Source of the DNA: a bacterium
Lineage (GTDB): Bacteria; Verrucomicrobiota; Kiritimatiellia; CAIKKV01; CAITUY01
Length of the DNA: 56,753 bases
Reading direction: 5' to 3'
Assembly (NCBI GenBank): GCA_037141135.1
Contig: JBAXDB010000003.1
Span: 1-56,753 of the forward strand
In this document: in pieces, positions 1-9,845 of the stretch
Layout of the letters: every line of letters starts with the position of its first letter
Position numbering within the stretch: position 1 is the first letter of the stretch
The notes under the pieces: model-generated
Databases searched by the model: none
Seen by the model: the letters and a program-made list of their open reading frames with translations, nothing else
Told to the model about the DNA's origin: nothing
Program-made: the position numbers and the translations under genes

Positions 1-108
1 CTAGGAGCACCAGCACGCCGCAGACCTTCTTCAAGCTCACCGGGCATTCAGTTATTCTGGATTACTTCCGCCCACATGACTAACCATGCCAAAACCGTAT
101 TCCTCGGA

Positions 109-137
109 TTGACCGCACCGCATTTTTCTTTTACTAT
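109..137 (+). promoter_or_regulatory. sigma70-type promoter for nrdR operon
   Basis: TTGACC (109-114), 17 bp spacer, TACTAT (132-137), 30 bp upstream of the nrdR ATG at 167. Confidence 0.6.
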
Positions 138-166
138 GAGGCTCCAACAACTTGTTAAGGGGAATC

Positions 167-619
167 ATGCGTTGTCCTCGATGCGGTCATAGTGAAGATA
201 AGGTAATTGATAGCCGGGCCTCCCGCAGTGGCGATGTCATTCGCCGCCGCCGGGTATGTGTCAGCTGCGAGCATCGCTTTACCACCCGTGAGGAAGTCGT
301 CAAGGTGGCGCTGCACATCATCAAGCGCGATGGACGCCACGAGGAGTTGTCCCGCGAAAAACTGATCAATGGCATCGCCCGGGCCTGCGAAAAACGTCCC
401 GTCAACATGGAGGAAATCGAGACCATCGTTGACAGCATCATCACCGAATTAGGAAATGATTTTGAGCGGGAGGTCACGAGCGACATCATCGGCGAAAAGG
501 TGATGGAGCGGCTTGAAAAGATTGACGAAGTCGCTTATGTGCGATTCGCTTCCGTTTATCGCCGCTTCAAGGATGTGAACCAGTTCATTAATGCCATTCA
601 GGGGATGGTAACCCGCTGA
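167..619 (+). CDS. nrdR: Transcriptional repressor NrdR
   Basis: MRCPRC..VIDSR..IRRRRVCVSCEHRFTTRE Zn ribbon plus ATP-cone ending VAYVRFASVYRRF; start moved to ATG 167. Confidence 0.97.
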   Translation: MRCPRCGHSEDKVIDSRASRSGDVIRRRRVCVSCEHRFTTREEVVKVALHIIKRDGRHEELSREKLINGIARACEKRPVNMEEIETIVDSIITELGNDFEREVTSDIIGEKVMERLEKIDEVAYVRFASVYRRFKDVNQFINAIQGMVTR

Positions 620-1242
620 TGATCTGGCAGGATTCAAACCTCGCAGGAACCACGCGGGGGGAAATTGCCGACCGCCTGCTCACCGATGTTCCCACACTTT
701 GCGGCAACCCTGCTCTGGCAACCCATCCCCCGCTGGCGGAAGCTGCGCACGGCGTCGCCCTTTACCTGGATCAGATTGAAGTCATCCCGGAGGAGCTGGA
801 TCCCAGTCAGTCGCGCGAATTGCTCGCACACGCGTTGGACGCCGCCGGGGAAGGGGCTCTCGCCAGACGGATCCGGCTGTTTGGCAACCGTGTCATCTAT
901 CCCGCCACCTGGATCGCCTGCGGCCGGGAAACCGTATGGGTGCTTGATACCCGCCAGCTCATCACATCGCGTGATGCCGGCATGGAAATGATTTTCTTTG
1001 AGCGCATTCGCATCGTCCTCGCGACCTTCGCCGACGTCTGGGATACCACGTCAGGCCGTGGTTTTTTGGGGCTCAAGGGCACGGAAATCACTGCCGCCAT
1101 CATTTTGGGCCCCGCCCCATCCGGGCGTTCGCTGAAGGCGCTCACAACGGAACTGCGCGCCCTTGCCGCGCGACATCTCGAACATTTTTGCACCCAGCGC
1201 GGCTGGGATGCTTACCCCGCAATTCTCACGCTGCTTCCATGA
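619..1242 (+). CDS. Hypothetical protein, translationally coupled to nrdR
   Basis: 207 aa ORF with TGATG overlap on the nrdR stop, filling the gap to purC; no recognised motif. Confidence 0.7.
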   Translation: MIWQDSNLAGTTRGEIADRLLTDVPTLCGNPALATHPPLAEAAHGVALYLDQIEVIPEELDPSQSRELLAHALDAAGEGALARRIRLFGNRVIYPATWIACGRETVWVLDTRQLITSRDAGMEMIFFERIRIVLATFADVWDTTSGRGFLGLKGTEITAAIILGPAPSGRSLKALTTELRALAARHLEHFCTQRGWDAYPAILTLLP

Positions 1243-1281
1243 TTTTTGCCCAGAGAAACACCAAATAAAGGAGACATAAAC

Positions 1282-2247
1282 ATGATTGCTGAAGATCGTA
1301 TCCGAGCTGAACTGACCAACACGCTGAATGAAACCAACTTTCCCGGCCTCGGCGAACGGCTCCAGGGCAAGGTACGGGAAAGTTATCTCCAAAAATCCCA
1401 GCGGATCATCGTCACCACTGACAGGGTATCAGCCTTTGACTGCATCATCGGCACGATCCCGTTCAAAGGGCAGGTTTTGAATCAATTGGCGGCATTCTGG
1501 TTTGAGAAAACCAAATCCATCATCCCAAACCATCTCATCTCGATCCCGGATCCCAACGTCATGATCGTCCATGAATGCGAACAACTCCCGCTCGAATTCA
1601 TTGTCCGCGGCCACATCACCGGGGTCACCAAAACTTCCGCCTGGTACAACTATGAACGCGGCGTGCGCTATTTCTGCGGGAACACGCTTCGCGAAGGTCT
1701 GAAAAAAGATCAAAAGCTGGAATATCCGATTCTCACCCCGACCACGAAACACGAGAAGCATGACCGCCCGATTTCCCGGGAGGAAGCCATCCAGGAAGGC
1801 TTGATTGACGCCGAAACCTATGACGCCGCCGCCGACCTGTGCTTCAAACTCTTTGATGCAGGTGTTAAACATGCCGCGGCACAGGGGCTCATCCTAGTCG
1901 ACACGAAATACGAAATCGGCAAGCTGAACGGGAAACTGGTGGTCTCGGACGAAATCCATACCCCCGACTCATCACGTTACTGGTTTGCCGACACCTACGA
2001 CGCCCTTTTCGCCGCAGGAAAAGAGCAACGGAAAATCGACAAGGAATATATCCGTGAATGGCTGGTAGCGCAGGGGTTCCGCGGGGAAGGCACTCCGCCG
2101 GAATTGACCGAAGAAGTCCGCGTGGAGGCAGCCAAACGTTATATTCAAGCCTATGAGCAGGTCACAGGACTGCAATTCACCGTCACGGACGAACCGGTGG
2201 CTTCCCGCATAGCGAACAATCTGAGACGGGCCGGCTGCCTGAAATAG
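1282..2247 (+). CDS. purC: SAICAR synthase (long form)
   Basis: GKVRE, TDRVSAFD, PFKGQVLN, ILVDTKYEIG, DEIHTPDSSRYW, DKEYIREW motifs; AAGGAG RBS before ATG 1282. Confidence 0.96.
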   Translation: MIAEDRIRAELTNTLNETNFPGLGERLQGKVRESYLQKSQRIIVTTDRVSAFDCIIGTIPFKGQVLNQLAAFWFEKTKSIIPNHLISIPDPNVMIVHECEQLPLEFIVRGHITGVTKTSAWYNYERGVRYFCGNTLREGLKKDQKLEYPILTPTTKHEKHDRPISREEAIQEGLIDAETYDAAADLCFKLFDAGVKHAAAQGLILVDTKYEIGKLNGKLVVSDEIHTPDSSRYWFADTYDALFAAGKEQRKIDKEYIREWLVAQGFRGEGTPPELTEEVRVEAAKRYIQAYEQVTGLQFTVTDEPVASRIANNLRRAGCLK

Positions 2248-2252
2248 CGTCT

Positions 2253-2861
2253 TTATTGCGCGAGCAAACCGTCGATCTGGTCCAGACAGATTTGGGACCA
2301 GGTTTCCATACGGTCGTACATGGCCTTGAGTTCAGGCACTGTCCGGAAACCTGATTCCGTGATTACGCCTTCACGCTTCCGCACTTCTGACGAAGGGGAT
2401 CGCAAAATATGAATGACGCCCAGATGGACCCGACCGACCGGCGTCAGATCGTCATTAAGCAGGGCAACTACCTTGTGGGTGTAGCCGGTGGGCAGCACTA
2501 CTTCCTCTTCCAACTCCCTGATGGCCGCCCGATTGTAGATATTATCAATCAGGTCCTCATCCAGATTGTTCATGTGGCCGCCGATCCCGATGGACGCCTT
2601 CGCGACCAGACGTTCTTCGCCGGATTTTTTCCCCCGGACATAACACCAGATGCGATCCCCATGGCAGATAATGAAGTACGGGATCAACTGCTTCAGGGAG
2701 TCGTCCTTCTCGGCTTTATGGCGCGGGACAAAGTGATAATTCCGCGGGTTCAATAATTCCGGCAGATACCGGTCGGTATCCAAAGTCAGCCCCTGAAACA
2801 TACCGAGCTTCTCGACCAGAGCCCGATCCACCACCAACACTTCCTCAAGATCCTTATTCAT
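2253..2861 (-). CDS. NUDIX-family predicted phosphoesterase (COG4112-like)
   Basis: KQLIPY, SIGIGGHMN, AIRELEEEV Nudix-like box, VGRVHLG, METWSQI. Confidence 0.8.
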   Translation of the reverse strand: MNKDLEEVLVVDRALVEKLGMFQGLTLDTDRYLPELLNPRNYHFVPRHKAEKDDSLKQLIPYFIICHGDRIWCYVRGKKSGEERLVAKASIGIGGHMNNLDEDLIDNIYNRAAIRELEEEVVLPTGYTHKVVALLNDDLTPVGRVHLGVIHILRSPSSEVRKREGVITESGFRTVPELKAMYDRMETWSQICLDQIDGLLAQ

Positions 2862-2956
2862 AGGGCGTGATGCTAGCACAGCCAACGGGCAGGAATAAAT
2901 AGGAATCGCACCAAAAGAATTGGCAGTTCCATTATTTCTGCTAACTTACACCGCAA

Positions 2957-4105
2957 ATGGAAGCGGATCGAGAAAGCCAAGCCACTGCGGATATCCTCAT
3001 CGTCGATGACACCCCTGCCAATCTTCAATTTCTGGCAGCCCTCCTCAAAACGCGGGGATATAAAACACGGGCGGCCCTGAACGGGGAACTTGCGCTCCAA
3101 GCCATACGAAACCATCCGCCAGACCTCATCCTGCTGGATGTTCACATGCCGGATATTGACGGGATCGAAATCTGCAAACGCATCAAAACTGACCCCGCCT
3201 ATTCCGACATTCCCATCATTTTCGTAAGCGGGGAGCACGAAACCCACAACAAAATCAAGGCCTTTTCTTCTGGTGGTGTTGATTACATCACACGGCCCTT
3301 TCAGATAGACGAAGTATTTGCCCGTGTTTCGACCCATCTGGATCTGCGCAATCAGCGGGTGCAGCTGCGGAACACCATGAAGCGCATGCAGGAACTGGAG
3401 ACGTTGCGTGACAACCTCGTCCACATGCTTATCCATGATCTCAGAAATCCACTGTGGGCCATCGAAAGCTCGCTCGAACTCATCAAAACATTTGAGGCCG
3501 CCTCGGTCTCGCCCAAAATCGCCACGTGCCTCGCCGAGACACAGACCTATACCGGCAATATGATCGAGATGATTAACTCCATTCTGGACGTCAACAAGAT
3601 GGAGAGCGGCCACTTGAAGCTCGATCTCACAAATTGTGATCTGGTCGATTTGTGCAAGCAGGTCATCAGGAGCATGGAACCGATGCGGCATTCACGATCC
3701 CTGACCATGAACACGGCGGCTTCGCCAGTCCACGCGGTGATAGACAAGGGCCTGATCCGGCGCTTGCTCATTAACTTGATTTCCAATGCTTTCCGGGCCA
3801 CCCGGGAAGCAAGCGGGAAAATCACCCTGAACTTCCATTGCGCCAATAACTTCATCAGAATTAATGTGGCAGATAACGGCAGGCCGATTCCTGTTGAAGA
3901 GCATCCCAAAATTTTTGAAAAATACGCACAGGCCAATTCCGTCCTCAGCGGAGAAGGACGCTACTTACCCGGGCTGGGACTCCCTTTCTGCAAACTTGTG
4001 GCAGAAGCTCACGGGGGGCGTGTCGGCATCCAGACCATGCCGGGATCCGTCAATATTTTCTGGGTTGAGCTGCCCGTCACCGGTCCGCTGCCCGGCCTGG
4101 CCTAA
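2957..4105 (+). CDS. Hybrid response regulator / histidine kinase (REC-HisKA-HATPase)
   Basis: ILIVDD..LILLDVHMP receiver; HDLRNPL H-box; NLISNA, DNG, GLGLPFC ATPase boxes; no TM or sensor domain. Confidence 0.9.
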   Translation: MEADRESQATADILIVDDTPANLQFLAALLKTRGYKTRAALNGELALQAIRNHPPDLILLDVHMPDIDGIEICKRIKTDPAYSDIPIIFVSGEHETHNKIKAFSSGGVDYITRPFQIDEVFARVSTHLDLRNQRVQLRNTMKRMQELETLRDNLVHMLIHDLRNPLWAIESSLELIKTFEAASVSPKIATCLAETQTYTGNMIEMINSILDVNKMESGHLKLDLTNCDLVDLCKQVIRSMEPMRHSRSLTMNTAASPVHAVIDKGLIRRLLINLISNAFRATREASGKITLNFHCANNFIRINVADNGRPIPVEEHPKIFEKYAQANSVLSGEGRYLPGLGLPFCKLVAEAHGGRVGIQTMPGSVNIFWVELPVTGPLPGLA

Positions 4106-5553
4106 AACCCACAGCGTTGTGCAAGCACTTGGGCCACCTTGGGGCCGGCACTCCCGTACGGATACATTTCAGGCGCGATATGCTGCAACTCCAACTGGTG
4201 CAGTACTGGCGTAAAAACATCCCAGGCCGCCTCAAGTTCATCAGCCCGGATAAACAGGCTGCGATCCCCTTTTATCACATCCAACAGCAGGCATTCATAG
4301 GCTTCCGGAATCAAGGTTGAAAAGGTGGACTGATAACGGAGATTTAACTCGGTTGGAGCCAAATTAAGCCCCAACCCGGGCAATTTATTCATGATTCGCA
4401 GCACAATGGACTCATCCGGCTGGATTCGTATGATCAATTCATTCGGGTGCAACACGGCCCCAGTCTCACCAAAAAGGCTGGACGGAATTCCGCGAAAACG
4501 CACCCGCACTTCACTGATCTTTTGATCCAGGGCCTTTCCGGCTTCAACCAGGAATGGCACCCCCTCCCAGCGCGGATTATGAATCTGAAGCATCGCGGCA
4601 GCATAGGTCGGCGTCAGTGAATCCCGCGGAACGTTGGGCGCGGCTACATAAGCAGGCTGGTGTCCTGAATCCGAGGCCCCGTACTGGCCTGTCACAAGCT
4701 GATCCAGCGTCACAGGGGCAACGGCTTTGAGCAACGCCACCTTGGCGTCACGCACTGCCGTCGAACTGTAGACGACAGGCCGCTCCATCGCCAGCAAGGC
4801 AAGAATCTGCAGCAAATGATTCTGCATCACATCGCGAATGATTCCGAAGCCGTCAAAATAGCCCCCTCTTTGTCCAACGCCAATAGGTTCGGCCCATTGG
4901 ATTCTCACGCTTTCAATACAGTCCTTATTCCAGAGAGGTTCGAAGATGAGATTGGCAAACCTGAGCACCATCAGATTTTGAACAATTTCCTTGCCCAGAT
5001 AGTGATCGATCCGATAGGTCATTTCCTCGGTAAAGACCATCTGCATATCTCTTACCAGACGATCGGATGATTCCCGGTCGCGTCCAAATGGCTTCTCCAC
5101 AACCAGTCGGGACCAACCCTGCGAATCATCACAGGCAACCAAGCCGGAATCCCCCAATGCCTGGGCCACATCTTGAAAAACAGAAGGGGGAATGGCCATG
5201 TAAAAAATCCTATTGATCGGGGACGCACCCTCGACCTCACGCATCAACTCAAACAGGTCAAGGAAAGAATCACTGGATGAGTACTGCCCCTGACAGTAAT
5301 AGCACCGCTGGAGGAACTCTTCTGTGCGATCCGAACAAGACTCGCCCGGCGCATAGCGACAGGTCAGGTTCTCCGCCACTTTCCGCCTGAAGGCCGCATG
5401 GTTCATGTCCGTTCGCGCCAGACCATAAATATGGAAATCTTCAGGCAGGAAATGCTGACAATAAAGCGCAAATAATGCGGGGATAACTTTGGTCTGGGCC
5501 AGGTCGCCGGAAGCCCCCACCACTACGATTCCGAGTCTGTTGGTCACACTCAT
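4102..5553 (-). CDS. zwf: Glucose-6-phosphate 1-dehydrogenase
   Basis: GASGDLA, EKPFGRD, YRIDHYLGKE, RDVMQNHLLQ signatures. Confidence 0.97.
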   Translation of the reverse strand: MSVTNRLGIVVVGASGDLAQTKVIPALFALYCQHFLPEDFHIYGLARTDMNHAAFRRKVAENLTCRYAPGESCSDRTEEFLQRCYYCQGQYSSSDSFLDLFELMREVEGASPINRIFYMAIPPSVFQDVAQALGDSGLVACDDSQGWSRLVVEKPFGRDRESSDRLVRDMQMVFTEEMTYRIDHYLGKEIVQNLMVLRFANLIFEPLWNKDCIESVRIQWAEPIGVGQRGGYFDGFGIIRDVMQNHLLQILALLAMERPVVYSSTAVRDAKVALLKAVAPVTLDQLVTGQYGASDSGHQPAYVAAPNVPRDSLTPTYAAAMLQIHNPRWEGVPFLVEAGKALDQKISEVRVRFRGIPSSLFGETGAVLHPNELIIRIQPDESIVLRIMNKLPGLGLNLAPTELNLRYQSTFSTLIPEAYECLLLDVIKGDRSLFIRADELEAAWDVFTPVLHQLELQHIAPEMYPYGSAGPKVAQVLAQRCGF

Positions 5554-5704
5554 TTTTTTGTCACGGACCCCTTGGTCTTGACGAGCCAGCCCTTACACAT
5601 GGCGCAACGGGAATCCGAACACCAGTTGCACATTTTACACTCAGGGCAGGGATGTTTTTTCGAGTTACAGGAGGACTTCCTTCGTCCCGCTCCTTTTTTG
5701 CAGG

Positions 5705-7360
5705 TCACGGCAAGGCGCTCCCGGCCTTCAGTACCACATAGGTCGGTAGCCCCTTCACCCCGAAGAAATCGGTGGCCGCACGCGTTCCTTTGTCGGACAG
5801 GTTTTCAGCCTGGAATTTCACCACGACATAAGCAGACAACCGTTGTTTCACTTCCTTCGCCCGAAAGGTAGTCAACTCCATCGCTTCGCAGTTCTTGCAC
5901 CAGGTTGCCCAAAAATCAATGAAAACCGGTTTCCCTGTTTTGACTGATTCAGCCACAACCGCTTTCCATGCGGTCGTATCCGCCCCCGTAATCTGATGCA
6001 CGCCAGCGTCAACCTGCGCCACAACCTTCTTACCCCACCAGCCTTGATACGCGAGCGAGAAGTAATATACGGCAAACATAAGAATGAATACGCCAAACCC
6101 TGTTTTCACCCACGTCATCCAGGCGCCGGGTTTCGGCAGAAACGAGAGTCCTGAGCCCGCAAAAGGCCAGGGTAACGCCATGCCCGCCCCGAGAATAAAC
6201 GGCAGCATCAGACCGATGCCGGCCCCCTGCGCATAAAGATTGTTGGATAAAAGTAACACGGCAATCACAACGGGGGCCACGCAGGCACCCGCCAGCAACG
6301 CAGAAATCCCTCCCATAAACATGGCCGTCGCGACCTTCCCCTGATTTCCGCCGGTTTCACCCCCCGCACGCTGGAATCGGGCCATATCAATGGCAAACAC
6401 ATCGAACATGGCGAGAGCAAGAACCACAAACACCACCCCTATGACCGCATTGAACCAGGGCAAGGAATTCAATACCCCGAATTGAGAGCCGGTCAATACC
6501 ACCGCGATCCCCAAAAACCCGTATACCAAGGCAATGCCCAATCCATACGCGCCCCCCAGAAAGAAGCCCTTTGTCCGTGTCCCATTTTGCGCCCCCACCC
6601 CGATGATCGCCAGATTGATGGGGATCATGGGGAGCACACAAGGCGTCAAGTTCAGCAGCAGACCGCCGGTAAGGATGATCAGAACCGTCCACCACACCCC
6701 GTGCAGCTTGAAAAACTCCAAGGGGTTGGCACTGAAAAGCAGTGAGGCAGCCTTCACGCGCGACGCCAGACTTCCGGGATTTACGACGGCGTCATCATGC
6801 CCTTCAGCCTTATTGAGAAACGAAAGAAATTCCCTGGTGTTTAAATACCCGGAAGCGGCAGCTACGGACTTCATCCCTGCCAGATCTTCAAAGCCGCCAG
6901 CCGCACCAGACGGCACATTCCCGGGCTTTTCCGCCACAGGTTCTGTTAAACGCGGAGTTGGAACAGCGGCTGTAAAAACGCGGTTTTTGGGAAAGAAACA
7001 TTGTTCCTCGCTGCAGCCCTGATAGGACACCTTTAAGGATTCCGTTGATGTCACTGGTGCGCCGGGCTCAAACCGGAGCGTAACATCATTGGTATAGGAC
7101 GGGCGAACTCCCTCCGCAAAAGTATCGTGAAGCGGCACGGGCTGATCGCCTCCTGCAAGCCTGAACACAATGCCAGACTCGGATTCAACCCGTAACTGAT
7201 CGGCATAAATGTGGTGATGCGCAGGAATGGTCAACCGGACCGTGACGATCAGATTAGTGCCACTCCCATCCCTTGACAGGTCTACTCCAAACGGATCTGC
7301 CGCAAGCCCCCATTGAGTTAGCGTGAAGGCTAAAATGAACAGGTATCCGCATATTTTCAA
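5705..7360 (-). CDS. dsbD: Thiol:disulfide interchange protein DsbD (N-domain, TM, thioredoxin)
   Basis: Signal peptide, YQGCSEEQC, TM cysteines in LTPCVLP and ACVAP, C-terminal DFWATWCKNC. Confidence 0.88.
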   Translation of the reverse strand: MKICGYLFILAFTLTQWGLAADPFGVDLSRDGSGTNLIVTVRLTIPAHHHIYADQLRVESESGIVFRLAGGDQPVPLHDTFAEGVRPSYTNDVTLRFEPGAPVTSTESLKVSYQGCSEEQCFFPKNRVFTAAVPTPRLTEPVAEKPGNVPSGAAGGFEDLAGMKSVAAASGYLNTREFLSFLNKAEGHDDAVVNPGSLASRVKAASLLFSANPLEFFKLHGVWWTVLIILTGGLLLNLTPCVLPMIPINLAIIGVGAQNGTRTKGFFLGGAYGLGIALVYGFLGIAVVLTGSQFGVLNSLPWFNAVIGVVFVVLALAMFDVFAIDMARFQRAGGETGGNQGKVATAMFMGGISALLAGACVAPVVIAVLLLSNNLYAQGAGIGLMLPFILGAGMALPWPFAGSGLSFLPKPGAWMTWVKTGFGVFILMFAVYYFSLAYQGWWGKKVVAQVDAGVHQITGADTTAWKAVVAESVKTGKPVFIDFWATWCKNCEAMELTTFRAKEVKQRLSAYVVVKFQAENLSDKGTRAATDFFGVKGLPTYVVLKAGSALP

Positions 7361-7373
7361 AATTGTCTCACTT

Positions 7374-7733
7374 TCAGGCCCCCTGACTTTTGGACCAGCT
7401 CAGGATAATTTGCATCACTTCCCTTACGAAACCACACTCGCATTTCACAGGACAGGCTTTCAGATTACCGGAATGCTGACAATAGCCGGGACATGTCTCC
7501 GTCCCGGATAAACGTTCATGATACACTTCACCCCGGTAAAGATCACTGAACAGGCCTGTTTGCAGGGCTAAGGTCGTCAAGCATTCCGGCTTCATATGAT
7601 TGAACATAAAGAATCCTGCCTTAAGTGCTTCAAAATTGATCTGGTAGCCAATCAGCTTCACCTGAGGGTCAGACAAAAACTCATCACGGGTTTTCCATTG
7701 CTGAACGCACCCCGAACATTTTTTAAAATTCAT
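7374..7733 (-). CDS. Cys-rich hypothetical protein
   Basis: CxxC at N-terminus, NH..C, CPGYC..CPVKCEC; in line with the redox cluster; start set at MNFKKC. Confidence 0.65.
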   Translation of the reverse strand: MNFKKCSGCVQQWKTRDEFLSDPQVKLIGYQINFEALKAGFFMFNHMKPECLTTLALQTGLFSDLYRGEVYHERLSGTETCPGYCQHSGNLKACPVKCECGFVREVMQIILSWSKSQGA

Positions 7734-7860
7734 AACGACCCCGCCAAAATAAAAACCGGTCACCTGAGAAAGGTCATGACACATGAACCTTCCTCAAGGA
7801 ACCAGCCCGTCACTGGTGCAGGAGTCTATTGTTCTCCAACAGAATACCAGACCCCTTGGG

Positions 7861-8361
7861 TCAGCCTGGCTTACCTGCACGTTTCCCGAGTTGCTTATCA
7901 ACCATGTACAATGTCCCCGTGGAAGTGCCGGCCATCTTGATCATGGCAATAATATCCGTATCATTGGCCTCTTCCTCAATCTGCTCGGTAATGAACCATT
8001 GCAGCATGGCCTGGGTCGCATAATCCTTTTCCGAGACCGCAAGATCCATCAGGTTATTGAGCGACAGAGTCACCTTCTTTTCATGTTTAAGGGTATCTAC
8101 AAAAAAGTCCAGGAGCGCCTTATACCCAACGCCGGGCTTTTCAATCGCGCCCAGTTCAATAACCTCGCCCTGGCTCAGGAGATAGTTATAGAACTTCATG
8201 GCATGTTCCAATTCTTCCTGGAACTGCACCCGGAACCACGCTCCGGCGCCCTTATAGCCAAGTGAGATAGCATTCGCCGACATGGCAAGATACAAATATG
8301 AGGAGAAGATCTCCTTGTTAATCTGCGCATTCAGAGCTTTGGTCATTTTTTTTGAGATCAT
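7861..8361 (-). CDS. ftnA: Non-heme ferritin
   Basis: LNAQINKEIFSSYLYLAMS, QEELEHAMK, HEKKVT, LQWFITEQIEEE ferroxidase residues. Confidence 0.93.
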   Translation of the reverse strand: MISKKMTKALNAQINKEIFSSYLYLAMSANAISLGYKGAGAWFRVQFQEELEHAMKFYNYLLSQGEVIELGAIEKPGVGYKALLDFFVDTLKHEKKVTLSLNNLMDLAVSEKDYATQAMLQWFITEQIEEEANDTDIIAMIKMAGTSTGTLYMVDKQLGKRAGKPG

Positions 8362-8363
8362 AG

Positions 8364-8741
8364 TCAGACCCTCCACAAGCCATGCAGGTTACAGAACTCA
8401 CGGGCTACGACATTGGTTGCCGTTACCCCCTCAAACACGGCCACAGGCTGGGCTCCGGGCTTGAGATACTGCCGCAAGACGGTCTCGCCCACGAGCAGTT
8501 CGATCCACTCAATGTAATGCTTTTCATCCATGGGATGGGGCACCGCGCCAACGGTTACCTTGACCCCATTGGCCACACGCTCAATCAGAGGGATATGCTT
8601 CTCTTTGGAAGCATCAACCGTATTTTCGGACAGCAATTTCATCGACTGCCCGCAGCAAACCAGCTGTCCGGCAGAGGCGTGAACCAACTCCACCATATTC
8701 CCGCACAACTCACATTTATATACTTCAGAACGCTTTGTCAT
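8364..8741 (-). CDS. dfx: Desulfoferrodoxin (2Fe superoxide reductase)
   Basis: [13 protein letters not shown] desulforedoxin domain; EKHIP, HPM..HYIEWI, CNLHGLW. Confidence 0.95.
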   Translation of the reverse strand: MTKRSEVYKCELCGNMVELVHASAGQLVCCGQSMKLLSENTVDASKEKHIPLIERVANGVKVTVGAVPHPMDEKHYIEWIELLVGETVLRQYLKPGAQPVAVFEGVTATNVVAREFCNLHGLWRV

Positions 8742-8768
8742 TGATGTCTCCTTTGAATGCAATAACGC

Positions 8769-8927
8769 TCACCCCTGGGGTGAAAACTCATCCTTACCCA
8801 CACCACAATCCGGACAAACCCAGTCTGCCGGAATATCCGCGAAACTTGTTCCCGGCGCGATTCCATGATCCGGATCTCCCAGCACAGGATCATAAACATA
8901 GCCGCAAACATTACATATATAAGTCAT
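8769..8927 (-). CDS. Rubredoxin (52 aa, absent from the ORF track)
   Basis: Manual translation [52 protein letters not shown]; two CxxCG motifs; GGAGG RBS. Confidence 0.95.
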   Translation of the reverse strand: MTYICNVCGYVYDPVLGDPDHGIAPGTSFADIPADWVCPDCGVGKDEFSPQG

Positions 8928-8944
8928 TCCGCCTCCCTCTAGTC

Positions 8945-9442
8945 CTATTGTTTGTTATTCAATAATTTCCTCAAATGCGTGACATAATTATCTCCCCCGC
9001 CCGGCAGGTAACTGGTACGCCCCAGCAACTTGCCCCCTGCATCCAGCAACAGGATCGTGGGAAAACCTTCAATGCCAAATTTTTCAACCAAATCGTTATT
9101 CTGTTTCTTGATTTCTTCCGTTTGCGCCTTCGTCCTGGGGAAGTCCACCAGCAACAATACCAAATTGTCGGCAGCATATTTCTTGAAGGTCTCTGTGGAA
9201 AACACCTCTTGATCAAGCTTGATGCACCAGCTACACCAATCAGAACCCGAAAAATCAGCCAGAATCGGAACCTTACGCTTGGCGGCCTCTGCTTTCGCCT
9301 CTGATAAAGACGTCAACCATACCACCTTTGTATCAGCAGCATTTTTCACCGCAGCCGATCCAGAACTCTTTTCATCCGCCCCGGAACATCCTGTTACTCC
9401 TGCAAAAACAGTTAACGCCACTAACCCTGCTAATATTTTCAT
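8945..9442 (-). CDS. Thioredoxin-fold lipoprotein
   Basis: Lipobox-like VTGC; [11 protein letters not shown] active site; GFPT cis-Pro loop. Confidence 0.88.
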   Translation of the reverse strand: MKILAGLVALTVFAGVTGCSGADEKSSGSAAVKNAADTKVVWLTSLSEAKAEAAKRKVPILADFSGSDWCSWCIKLDQEVFSTETFKKYAADNLVLLLVDFPRTKAQTEEIKKQNNDLVEKFGIEGFPTILLLDAGGKLLGRTSYLPGGGDNYVTHLRKLLNNKQ

Positions 9443-9472
9443 TATTATTCCTTTCTAACCTTGAACCGCGCT

Positions 9473-9676
9473 TCATGCATTAACAGCATGTTTTGCATCA
9501 TGTGCTGCAAATTCACGCTCGGCTGCCGCCCGGATCCTATATCCGGAATCCTTCGCAAGCCCGTACAAAGACATGCAATTTTCATCCTTACACTCACCCT
9601 GTCCTTTGTCTGCAATTTCAATCAAATCGCTGGTAACTTGAATCAGCAACCTTATATTCGCATTATAGTCATCCAT
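9473..9676 (-). CDS. Small helical hypothetical protein (CxxxxC)
   Basis: 67 aa with a GGAG RBS; first ORF after the sigma54 promoter. Confidence 0.65.
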   Translation of the reverse strand: MDDYNANIRLLIQVTSDLIEIADKGQGECKDENCMSLYGLAKDSGYRIRAAAEREFAAHDAKHAVNA

Positions 9677-9712
9677 GCATGCTTCTCCAGTTAATTGGTT
9701 GCAACGCTGTAA

Positions 9713-9728
9713 TGCAAGTTACGTGCCT
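9713..9728 (-). promoter_or_regulatory. sigma54 (-24/-12) promoter
   Basis: Minus strand reads AGGCACGTAACTTGCA, matching tGGCAC-N5-TTGCa; 37 bp upstream of ATG 9676 and next to a bEBP gene. Confidence 0.8.
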
Positions 9729-9816
9729 AAGCTGGCGTGTATTCCGATATTAATCGCAAAGCATTTATCGTCAAAGTCTTACAAAACATCAGTAGAAACG
9801 CTGTATTCCCGGAAAT

Positions 9817-9845
9817 TGTCTCAATAAAAGCAAAAGAATGTCTCA
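9817..9845. promoter_or_regulatory. Candidate bEBP upstream activator site
   Basis: Two TGTCTCA copies (9817-9823, 9839-9845) with starts 22 bp apart, ~90-120 bp upstream of the -24 element. Confidence 0.35.

Noticed and set aside
2873-3691. 272 aa minus-strand ORF
   Set aside because: Antisense to the well-supported hybrid kinase
5669-5699. Hairpin with a T-tract between dsbD and zwf
   Set aside because: The T-tract is on the plus strand while both genes are minus strand, so it is not supportable as their terminator
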